Assembly (NCBI GenBank): GCA_051532035.1
Contig: JAOPTW010000065.1
Location: 1-45,154 of the forward strand
DNA: 45,154 nt
Reading direction: 5' to 3'
DNA from: Fibrobacterales bacterium
GTDB taxonomy: Bacteria > Fibrobacterota > Fibrobacteria > Fibrobacterales > JAOPTW01
How positions within the stretch are numbered: the stretch's first letter is position 1; every line of letters begins with the position of its first letter. The notes under the pieces were generated by a model, which saw only the letters and a list, made by a program, of their open reading frames with translations, did no database searches and had not been told where the DNA came from. Below, in pieces: positions 19,879-28,382 of the stretch. The position numbers and the translations under genes were made by a program.

Positions 19879-20526
19879 ATGACTCAAAACCTATTATTAA
19901 AACTCGTATTCGTTCTTACCGTATTGGTAAGTACTTCATTTGGTAAACTCACTGCAAAAGACTCATTGAAGTTGGTTGATGGGTGCAATGATTTTTTTGA
20001 GACTATCAAGAGGAATAATCTCCCTGCGAAACCAGGGTTATTAGAAAAAGTTCTTACTGAAGAGTCTATTGAATGGTTTGAAGATATCGTTAATGCGGTT
20101 GAGTCTGACGATTCTGCAGCTTTGGCGAGTCGTCCCTTTTTTGAGTCGGTCTCAATCATTGGACTACGCTATTATTATAAAAATGGGACTTTAGAAGACC
20201 TCGAGCTACCGAATGTCTTTAAATTCTATATGAGGCTTGGGTATGTTAAAAAAGTCTTTAGAATGAAGAACTGGGCAAATGCCTGGGTGGAACAAGAAGA
20301 ATATGGTTTTAGAGGTCTCAAAAAGGCCCCTCGAGTGCCAATACTGCATTTTAGACTAGAGAATGAGCAATGGCGCTTTGAACTACCACAAACCTTAGAG
20401 ATTGTTTCACGGAGTGTTCTATCTCTTGCTCAAAAGAAGGGGTGGACGAATCTCCAAGCAGCCCTTGAGACTCTTGATCTTATCATTTTAAAAGACGTTA
20501 TCGATGAGAAGCTATTAGAGCCTTAA
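19879..20526 (+). CDS. Hypothetical exported protein
   Basis: ORF with a signal peptide (MTQNLLLKLVFVLTVLVSTSFG); no motif recognised. The start may be 19855. Confidence 0.6.
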   Translation: MTQNLLLKLVFVLTVLVSTSFGKLTAKDSLKLVDGCNDFFETIKRNNLPAKPGLLEKVLTEESIEWFEDIVNAVESDDSAALASRPFFESVSIIGLRYYYKNGTLEDLELPNVFKFYMRLGYVKKVFRMKNWANAWVEQEEYGFRGLKKAPRVPILHFRLENEQWRFELPQTLEIVSRSVLSLAQKKGWTNLQAALETLDLIILKDVIDEKLLEP

Positions 20527-20690
20527 TCGGCCCTCATTTAGTTACTAATTGGAGATTACTGTAAAATAATATTTACCTTTTGTCTCTTTGCCTTACTTTC
20601 TTCTATATTCATATTACCGCGTCACTCTGAATGTTGATAATAGAACTATGTAACTGAAGTAGAACCCTGGGGAGGGTCAGTGCATACTCC

Positions 20691-20756
20691 CAATGTCTCA
20701 TTTACTGAGTTATGGTAAAGGCACAATGTATCATTTACTGATATATGGTGAGGGCA
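20691..20756 (+). repeat. 33-bp tandem direct repeat in the leader of the fibro-slime gene
   Basis: CAATGTCTCATTTACTGAGTTATGGTAAAGGCA versus CAATGTATCATTTACTGATATATGGTGAGGGCA, 28/33 identical. Confidence 0.8.
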
Positions 20757-20796
20757 AATAGCGAAAGCTATTAACGTAAAAGGTAAAAGGTAGATT

Positions 20797-23700
20797 ATGA
20801 AACGAGGATTTCTCTATTCGTTTTTGTCGGTCAGTATTTTCACTTTCATTTTAGTAGGATGTATCTCAAGTTTTGACGATTATGTTGAAGTCAAAAAAGA
20901 GAAAGACGTAGTAATTCGTGAAGTTGTGGATCCTGAAAACACTCCAATCCTTTGTAATGATGGAATTGACAATGATAAGGATGCCCTTATGGATTGTTAC
21001 GACCCTGACTGTAGTTTGATGGAGTTCTGCAACCCTGAGTATGATTGTGCAGATAAAATAGACAATGATAATGATGGTGATACTCTATTAAGCTTTAAGA
21101 ATACAGTAGGTGGTATCGATTCAATTTCAATATCAGACTCTTTATCGCTCAAAGCATATAAAGATAGCATTTCAATTGATACAATATATTTCAATATCGA
21201 TTGTGATGATAGCGATTGTTCGGAAAGTGAAAGTTGTAACCCAGAATTTATGTGTTCAGACGGAAAAGACAATGATGGTGATGGAGATACCTTATTTATC
21301 TTTAAGAATTCAGTAGGTGGTACCGACTCAATTTCAATATCAGACGCATTATCGCTCTCAGTATATAAAGATAGCATTTCAATAGATACAATATATTTCA
21401 ATATCGATTGTAATGACAGTGATTGTGATGCAAGTGAAAGCTGTAGCCCAGAATTTATGTGTTCAGACGGAAAAGACAATGATGGTGATGGAGATACCTT
21501 ATTTGTCTTTAAGAATGTATCAGGTGGAGTTGATTCGATTTCTATATCGGACTCATTATCGCTCTCAGTATATAAAGATAGCATTGCAACAGATACAATA
21601 TATTTGAATATAGACTGTAATGATTTAGACTGCTCTAACTCAATAGATTGTAATAGACCAGTAGAAAACACCCTCGCTATGTGTATTGATAGACTTGATA
21701 ACGATCTAGATAGCCTTATAGATTGTAAAGACCCTGACTGTAGTAGCTTTAAAATGTGTCAGCCTGTTGAAGAGAATACCGTGACGCTCTGTAGTGATTT
21801 TGTTGATAATGATATCGATGGTCTCGTTGACTGTGATGATCCAGGGTGCTCTCAGATGGCCTTTTGTCTTGAGCCGGGTGAAAACACTTTTATTACCTGT
21901 ACCGATAGTGTTGATAATGATGGAGATAGTGAAACATACTTTGTCTTTTTTGAGATAGGAGGAGGGTCAGGAGTGATAGAAATCCACAAAGACTCACTTA
22001 TAGATAGCATTGCATATATAGGTCAAACACCAGTCGATACTCTTTATACGAGTATTGATTGCGACGATAGTGATTGTAAAGGTTTTGAGATTTGTCTTCC
22101 TGATGGTGAAAATACCTATATCAAATGTAGTGATGAGATAGATAATGATGGTGATGAACTTATTGATTGTGATGATCCTAACTGTAGTGGTGTTCCTGTT
22201 TGTATGGGTCTTGCAGAGAATACCGATGTAGAGTGTAAAGATGGTATTGATAATGATGGTGATAGCCTTATTGACTGTTCTGATGAAGACTGTAGTAGTT
22301 TTGCGTGGTGTTTACCTTCTGTAGAAAATACGGTTGATCTTTGTATGGATACTTTTGATAATGATGGTGATTCTATGATCGACTGTCTTGATACAGATTG
22401 CCAACAGATGGAGCATTGTTTGCCTCCGGGAGAGAACACCTATACTGCGTGTACTGATAGTTTAGACAATGATACTGATGGACTGATTGATTGTGCTGAT
22501 GACGAGTGTATGGCTTTTGAAGCGTGTCTTCCTGATGGTGAGAACACTTATGCTCGCTGTACCGATGGGATTGACAATGATGGTGATGCCCTTATAGATT
22601 GTGACGACCCAAACTGTGGTGGTGTTCCGGTTTGCATGGGGCTTGTAGAAAATACTGCAGCGGAGTGTAATGATAAAATTGATAATGATGGTGATGCGCT
22701 TATTGATTGCTCAGATGATGACTGTAGTAGTTTTTTATGGTGTCAGCCTTCAGTAGAAAATACTGTCGCACTCTGTAAAGATGGCATTGATAATGATGGA
22801 GATTCAAATGTAGATTGTCTAGATTCTGATTGTAAACAGATGAATCACTGCATAATACCTGGCGAAAATACTTTTGCTGCTTGTAGTGACGGCGCTGATA
22901 ATGATGGTGATACTAAAATAGATTGTGATGATAGTGATTGCTCAGGATTTGACAACTGTTTACCCCCTGGCGAAAATACTTATTTCCGTTGTACTGATGG
23001 AATTGATAATGATAGTGATACCGATATTGATTGTGATGATGATGACTGTAGTGGTGTTTCGGTTTGTATGAATGCAGCAGAGAATACTATTGCAGAGTGC
23101 CAAGATGGTGCTGATAATGATTCGGATAATTTGATTGACTGCGATGATGATGAATGTAATCAGTTTCAATTCTGTCAACCAGCAGTTGAAAATACAGATA
23201 GACTTTGTTCAGATGGAGTTGATAATGACAATAATACTTTAATTGATTGTGATGATCCTGGCTGCAAATTTATTAGCTCTTGCTTAGTTTTCGAAAATAC
23301 AAATGCTGTATGTGGAGATGGAATTGATAATGATGGTGATGGTGATGTAGATTGCGATGATAATGATTGTGATGGGCAACCTGTTTGTATGCCTGCAGGA
23401 GAAAATACAGCCACTAAATGTCAAGATACAATCGACAATGATGGTGATGGTGATATTGATTGTGCAGATGACGATTGTAACGGAATTCAAGCATGTATTA
23501 TCGAAGAAAATACTATAGCACGATGTAGTGATGGGGCTGATAATGATAACAATGGTGCTGCAGATTGTGCTGATCAAAATTGTCAGCAGTTTTGGAGTAT
23601 CTGTCCTGCAGCCGTAGAGAATACTGTTGCTCTCTGCCTAGATGGTATTGATAACGATCAAAATGGTGCTATAGATTGTTCAGATGATGGCTGTAGTGTA

Positions 23701-24480
23701 TTTCCATTTTGTCAAGAAAATACCGAAGCGAAATGTAAAGACTCAGATGACAATGATGGTGATGGCAATATAGATTGTGCGGATTCAGATTGTAGTAATT
23801 TTGCATTTTGTAAAACTGGTGAGTTTACTTGTATACCGCCAGCTAATGAAATTCCTGATCGTGTAGTCTTTAATGCAGACATGTATGATTACAATGGCTC
23901 AAAAGGTGCTAATTGTAGTGGTATACATCAAAATTTTGGATGTAAGGAAGGTTCCGACGCTGTATTGAAAGGAATGGTACGGGATTCACTCGGTGCAAAT
24001 GGTTTGCCGAGGTTTAAAGCAAATTTATGGGCAAATGACTATATTGAGAGTTGGTGGTCAGAGACTAATGGAGGTAAATGGTATCCTGTAGCACTACCTT
24101 TTTATCGAGTTGGCACAACAGGAATGGTATATGAGTTTGACGATCCGACCTTTTTTCCTTTGGGGGTTGGTAATTACGGTTTCGCAGGGCATATACATAA
24201 AAGGTTTAGATATATAGAAGCTGGAGCAGAACATCAAAATTTTGAATTCCGTGGAGATGATGATGTATTTGTATATATAAATGAAAAGTTAGTTATTGAT
24301 TTAGGGGGAATACATAATCCTGAGTCAGCATCTTTCAATTTAAAAGATGTAGGGGATAGTCTTCATTTAGTTGATGGGAATTACGTTGATTTTGATTTTT
24401 TTATTGCTGAGAGAATGCCTACAGGGTCTAATGCAAAGATAACGATTAATATGCCTTGCCTTGTAATTGAAAATGATTAA
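20797..24480 (+). CDS. Large surface lipoprotein with ~23 Cys/Asp-rich CxDxxDNDxD..IDCxDxDC repeats and C-terminal fibro-slime (PA14-like) domain
   Basis: Lipobox ILVGC; repeats counted by eye; C-terminal YEFDDPTFFPL..NYGF..FEFRGDDDVFVYINEKLVIDLGGIH..FDFFIAER. Confidence 0.9.
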   Translation: MKRGFLYSFLSVSIFTFILVGCISSFDDYVEVKKEKDVVIREVVDPENTPILCNDGIDNDKDALMDCYDPDCSLMEFCNPEYDCADKIDNDNDGDTLLSFKNTVGGIDSISISDSLSLKAYKDSISIDTIYFNIDCDDSDCSESESCNPEFMCSDGKDNDGDGDTLFIFKNSVGGTDSISISDALSLSVYKDSISIDTIYFNIDCNDSDCDASESCSPEFMCSDGKDNDGDGDTLFVFKNVSGGVDSISISDSLSLSVYKDSIATDTIYLNIDCNDLDCSNSIDCNRPVENTLAMCIDRLDNDLDSLIDCKDPDCSSFKMCQPVEENTVTLCSDFVDNDIDGLVDCDDPGCSQMAFCLEPGENTFITCTDSVDNDGDSETYFVFFEIGGGSGVIEIHKDSLIDSIAYIGQTPVDTLYTSIDCDDSDCKGFEICLPDGENTYIKCSDEIDNDGDELIDCDDPNCSGVPVCMGLAENTDVECKDGIDNDGDSLIDCSDEDCSSFAWCLPSVENTVDLCMDTFDNDGDSMIDCLDTDCQQMEHCLPPGENTYTACTDSLDNDTDGLIDCADDECMAFEACLPDGENTYARCTDGIDNDGDALIDCDDPNCGGVPVCMGLVENTAAECNDKIDNDGDALIDCSDDDCSSFLWCQPSVENTVALCKDGIDNDGDSNVDCLDSDCKQMNHCIIPGENTFAACSDGADNDGDTKIDCDDSDCSGFDNCLPPGENTYFRCTDGIDNDSDTDIDCDDDDCSGVSVCMNAAENTIAECQDGADNDSDNLIDCDDDECNQFQFCQPAVENTDRLCSDGVDNDNNTLIDCDDPGCKFISSCLVFENTNAVCGDGIDNDGDGDVDCDDNDCDGQPVCMPAGENTATKCQDTIDNDGDGDIDCADDDCNGIQACIIEENTIARCSDGADNDNNGAADCADQNCQQFWSICPAAVENTVALCLDGIDNDQNGAIDCSDDGCSVFPFCQENTEAKCKDSDDNDGDGNIDCADSDCSNFAFCKTGEFTCIPPANEIPDRVVFNADMYDYNGSKGANCSGIHQNFGCKEGSDAVLKGMVRDSLGANGLPRFKANLWANDYIESWWSETNGGKWYPVALPFYRVGTTGMVYEFDDPTFFPLGVGNYGFAGHIHKRFRYIEAGAEHQNFEFRGDDDVFVYINEKLVIDLGGIHNPESASFNLKDVGDSLHLVDGNYVDFDFFIAERMPTGSNAKITINMPCLVIEND
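21028..21648 (+). repeat. Three 207-bp intragenic tandem repeats
   Basis: Units start at 21028, 21235 and 21442 (69 aa each), with long identical nucleotide runs between copies 2 and 3. Confidence 0.9.
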
Positions 24481-24506
24481 ATAGTTAATCAACATAATAA
24501 GTTCTT

Positions 24507-24535
24507 AAAGCCTATCACTGTAGTGGTAGGCTTTT
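24507..24535 (+). terminator. Intrinsic terminator
   Basis: AAAGCCTATCAC-tgta-GTGGTAGGCTTTT just after the fibro-slime gene stop. Confidence 0.8.
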
Positions 24536-24650
24536 CTTATTCTCATTTATAAATTTTATAGCTTTTCTATCTATGACTGACCTGTCACACCTATCTGGAT
24601 ACTTACAAAAACTGTAAATCTATTCCATTTTTGCTGTTTGATAGATTGTA

Positions 24651-24974
24651 TTATGTTTGCAGAACTTGGATCGGATCAATAGGGCAAAGGCCACTCTGAT
24701 ACAAAAAATTCATGAACATATCCAAAGGTGTACACACAATCCGGCTTATCCAAGTCTCTGCTCCTTCGACCAGATTTTGTTTCAGATACTCCATATAATG
24801 CATAAGATGTCCAGTATCGGTACGTTCCAGTGGGGTTTTCTCTACATGCTCCATATAGCCGAGAAAGTTGATTATTGCATGAGGGAAATCGTCCCTGAAT
24901 GATGCGCTATAGTCCTTTATGACTAATGCATGATAGGTGAAGCGGGTAACGAGGGTTTTGTATTCGTTGATTGC
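24651..24974 (-). pseudogene. Possible 5'-truncated ORF remnant
   Basis: The frame of the 67-aa ORF stays open for 40 more codons upstream (AINEYKTLVTRFTYHALVIKDYSASFRDDFPHAIINFLGY-MEHVEK...). It has no canonical start and is bounded by a TAA at the edge of the structured element. Confidence 0.35.
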
Positions 24975-24983
24975 TTAAACGAA

Positions 24984-25149
24984 AGAGAAGCTTCGGCTGG
25001 TCACAAAGCTGCGCTTTGTTGCTCGCCATGCATCCAGAGATCCCAAAGGGTACGCGCTTCGGCGTATCCATTGGTGGGGGTCTAGGGGTGAAGACCCCAG
25101 GATGCTTGGGCGAGCAGCAAATCCCATTTGCGACCAGCCCGGAAACTCT
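24984..25149 (+). other. GC-rich highly structured non-coding element (candidate ncRNA or MITE/REP-like)
   Basis: Nested stems GGCTGGTCACAAA/TTTGCGACCAGCC and TTTGTTGCTCGCCATGCATCC/GGATGCTTGGGCGAGCAGCAAA close two hairpins (cTTCGg loop; GGGGT-GAAG-ACCCC). Confidence 0.6.
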
Positions 25150-25166
25150 GCACAAAAAGAAAGAAG

Positions 25167-25209
25167 AAAAAATGATGAGGGGTCGTATAACACACGCCCC
25201 CTCATCATT
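25167..25209 (-). terminator. Intrinsic terminator of the 285-aa gene
   Basis: Minus strand AATGATGAGGGG..CCCCTCATCATT followed by TTTTCTTCTTT. Confidence 0.8.
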
Positions 25210-25242
25210 CAAGGGATGGATTAATCATATATCAGTATCACA

Positions 25243-26100
25243 CTATGCAGCGTCTGATGCCTCCTCATCCTCAATGACTGGTTCAATATTCATCGCTTCT
25301 TGGAAAGCCGCCTCTTTTTCTTGTGCAGTTTGTCTAACCGCAGCATTTCTTTGTCGCAAGTACTTACTGAAAAACTGTTTACGAACACTATAATCATGCT
25401 TGTATACAAGGTTTGCCCACTTGCGAATATGAGTAAGCTCAATATGGAGCAATGTTATCGCTTTGTCTCTAATAACGCGAGACTCTGAGTTGGCAATACC
25501 ATCAAGACGAGAGGCTTCGTGAATACGTCCGAGAATAGTACCCAGCTCTATAGAACGTTTAAGTTCATCTCTTGAAACATTCATCTCTTTAAGAGCTTCA
25601 AAAACAGACTCACCCATTTTACCTAGTTCTAACAGGTCTTGAATGATATCACTGATTTTTTGACCACTTGAAATGGATTTTGCAATAGCACTTAAGCGTT
25701 CATTGTCTGAGGTCACAAATATGATTCTATCCATTAGGCGCTCTCGTAATGCTTTGGCTTCAGGGTAGAGTTCCTTCCAGGTGAGTTTGTCCGAAAGTGC
25801 TTCTTCGGTGTCCGTATTCATATTTGCGTGAGCAATACGAGCAACAGCAATAGCACGATAATACTTCTCAGCATAAGCCTTTTTAAAGCCATCTTTTGCC
25901 AGACGATCAAATCGACGAGTGAGCACCTCATACACACCTTCAGCCTCTTTCAGATAAACATCAATACGCATAGGGGGTGTATAGTACTCATCTCGTTCAA
26001 ACGCTTTGACATTTTTCAACTCTTCTTTAAAGATGATTTCATAATCGACAAATGAATCAGGTGTTGTTGTCTTCTCTTCTGTGTTAGTATTGTTTTTCAT
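25243..26100 (-). CDS. Hypothetical all-alpha cytoplasmic protein
   Basis: 285-aa ORF with its own RBS (AGGA) and terminator. P.M.IDVYL.EAE, DIIQDL.EL and RDKA.TLL motifs look like a conserved uncharacterised family (recollection, unverified). Confidence 0.8.
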   Translation of the reverse strand: MKNNTNTEEKTTTPDSFVDYEIIFKEELKNVKAFERDEYYTPPMRIDVYLKEAEGVYEVLTRRFDRLAKDGFKKAYAEKYYRAIAVARIAHANMNTDTEEALSDKLTWKELYPEAKALRERLMDRIIFVTSDNERLSAIAKSISSGQKISDIIQDLLELGKMGESVFEALKEMNVSRDELKRSIELGTILGRIHEASRLDGIANSESRVIRDKAITLLHIELTHIRKWANLVYKHDYSVRKQFFSKYLRQRNAAVRQTAQEKEAAFQEAMNIEPVIEDEEASDAA

Positions 26101-26524
26101 TACAATATTCCTAATTGTGGCTCTAGTAAAATTGTAACTGCTTCTGTGAGCCTAAACCAAATAGCAGTTGTTAATTGGTACTCATTAGACGTGCCTCCTA
26201 TTTTTATTGTGCACACAAAGGAAAAGAAATTATTCTTTTATGACTTTATTTTTCGGCCCACCCATAAAAGACTAAAATTATGTCATTGTGATTTTAGAGA
26301 TTTACAAAGTATTTTAGGACTTATGATATGTATGCCTCAAAATGTAATTATTTCATTTATTATAACCCTGCCATCGAAAACTTTTAAAGAAACATAAATA
26401 ACTATTGGGTAAACAATATCCCGTACACTTTGCACCAACTAAAGGTCGAGTTGACTCTGAGGTATATATGCACCGATAGGGTCATGCACGCTTCAGTTAT
26501 GGGTTATATATGTATAGAAATAAG

Positions 26525-27126
26525 AATGTTCACCTCAACAATCTGGCATACATGCTCAGACATGTGGTTATCAACCTCAAGGATGAGCCAGAATTGCATA
26601 GATATGTCGAACTACACTCCTAGGATGAGCTAGAATTGCACAGCCCTCATCATTCACACTTCAATAATGAGTATCTACATCACCAACTAAGGGCCAGAAA
26701 TGCAAAGATATGTCGATCTACACCTCAACTCAGAGTCAGAAATGCATAGATATGCCGATCTACACCTCAAGCATGAGTCAGAAATGCACAGATATGTCGA
26801 TCTACACTCCAACTAAGAGCCAGAATTGCACAAACATTAGTGATCTACACTCCATGAATTGTCATCTGCACCACAAACATTTGTGATCTACACTCCAAGA
26901 ATGAACATCTACACCACAGGCATTAGTGATCTACACTCTAAGAATAGGCATCTACACCACAGACATTAGTGATCTACACTCCAAGAATAGGCATCTACAC
27001 CACAGACATTAGTGATCTACACTCCAAGAATGGGCATCTACACTCCAGCTATTGCCGATCTACACTCCACAAATAAGCATCTACACCACAGCTACTGTTG
27101 ATTCACCAAGAATAGACATCGACACT
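26525..27126. repeat. Non-coding tandem array of 42/43-bp units built from 21/22-bp ATCTACAC subunits
   Basis: GATCTACAC at 26715, 26757, 26799, 26842, 26885, 26928, 26971, 27014 and 27057; CATCTACAC 21 bp after the later copies; degenerate copies at 26609, 26651 and 26672. Confidence 0.92.
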
Positions 27127-27274
27127 TAACCCAGGGAGGGTGTCAGTTTTTTTGTTCAAATAGATTTCTTGAAGAAAAATGTTGTAAGCTATGTAAAATT
27201 GTGTATTTTTCGTGTCGATTTCAGCTTGACTTTGGAGCAAAAAAACAATGCCCGACACTTCAAGAAATAACATA

Positions 27275-28276
27275 ATGACCAGTAAGTTTTCTCCGCCTGC
27301 AGGTAAAACCCTCATGATACTAGGGCAAGATGTTGAATCAATTGCTGGTTATAAAGAACATGTCTCCAAAGATATTGGTGGAATAACAACCTATACAAAC
27401 ATATCAGAAGAAGACCGAGCCCCTATGCTGTCTGGCCTCCATTCTACTGTAAATTATGGTGCGGGCGACGTCAATGCCTTATTATGCCTAGATGAAAACC
27501 CCAATGCTGCTCTGGTTATCGGATTGTTTCTTGTAGATAAATCAGGAACGAACCTTGAGCATATTGCAGATGGAACACTTGATTCTAAGATACTTGAACT
27601 CGCAAATTTTATGAAGAGTACAGAGCGTCCAGTCTTTTTGAGAATAGGGTATGAATGTGATGGGTATTGGAATCACTATGAGCCTGAACAATATATTCTC
27701 GCTTTTAGAAGGGTGGTAGATATATGCCGATCTGTAACCGATAATTTTGTTTCAGTGTGGCAGGGGGCAACCTACCATCTGAACACCTATCGGGACTTAC
27801 CCGTAAAAGCATGGTACCCCGGAGACGAATATGTCGATTGGTGCGGTACGTCATATTTTACCTTTCTCGAGAAGGCACATGAAGAAATGCTTGATCTTGC
27901 CTATCGTCATAATAAGCCTGTAATTATTTGTGAGTCTGCACCTCAAGGATATGATTTAGCAAATAAGAATTGGGGCTTTCCAGAGAGGAAATCAACAATA
28001 ATCGATAAAACATCTGAGCAAATATGGGATGAATGGTTTAGGCCTTATTTCAATTATATTCATAAAAACTCGAACGTTATTCGTGCTGTAGCGTACATAA
28101 ACTGCCACTGGGATATTCAGCCAGATTCGGCCTATCCTTATGACCAAGGATATTGGGGAGATACTCGGATAGAAGCCAATAGTTACATTAAACAAAAATG
28201 GCTTGAGGAGATAGGTAACAGTTCATGGCTTCATGGCTCGCCAGATTTGTTTAATATTTTAGCAGAAGCTCAATAA
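27275..28276 (+). CDS. Glycoside hydrolase family 26, endo-beta-1,3-xylanase-like
   Basis: Motifs LMILGQD, VFLRIGYECDGYWNHY (acid/base Glu), WYPGDEYVDW and KPVIICESAPQGY (nucleophile Glu); no signal peptide. Start is 27275 or 27248. Confidence 0.85.
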   Translation: MTSKFSPPAGKTLMILGQDVESIAGYKEHVSKDIGGITTYTNISEEDRAPMLSGLHSTVNYGAGDVNALLCLDENPNAALVIGLFLVDKSGTNLEHIADGTLDSKILELANFMKSTERPVFLRIGYECDGYWNHYEPEQYILAFRRVVDICRSVTDNFVSVWQGATYHLNTYRDLPVKAWYPGDEYVDWCGTSYFTFLEKAHEEMLDLAYRHNKPVIICESAPQGYDLANKNWGFPERKSTIIDKTSEQIWDEWFRPYFNYIHKNSNVIRAVAYINCHWDIQPDSAYPYDQGYWGDTRIEANSYIKQKWLEEIGNSSWLHGSPDLFNILAEAQ

Positions 28277-28382
28277 GATATATGCCTATAGCTTGCATGG
28301 CACAAGGTGGGGGGCCATAAAATTCGTATTGAAACATTTTGGGGTTTGGATAAAAACCAATGCACCTTGAAGTTATCTCTCC

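Noticed and set aside
20752..20783. c-di-GMP-I riboswitch (GGCAAA..GAAA..ACGTAAAAG resemblance)
   Set aside because: Only the first hairpin is similar; the GACGCAAAG junction is degenerate and there is no room for the second stem before the ATG. Kept only as part of the structured-leader finding.
20997..23577. Minus-strand Ser/Ile-rich ORFs within the fibro-slime gene
   Set aside because: Antisense shadows of the GAT/TGT-rich repeats.
24907..25393. ORFs of 77-140 aa crossing the structured element
   Set aside because: Open frames are expected in GC-rich palindromic sequence; they run through a terminator or antisense to the 285-aa gene.
26430..26633. 67-aa ORF over the left end of the repeat array
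   Set aside because: Its heptad-like pattern is a by-product of the 21-bp DNA periodicity; it has a TTG start and no clear RBS.
26525..27126. CRISPR array
   Set aside because: The conserved core is only 8-9 bp, intervening segments are themselves repeated rather than unique spacers, the period (21/43 bp) is too short, and there are no cas genes.
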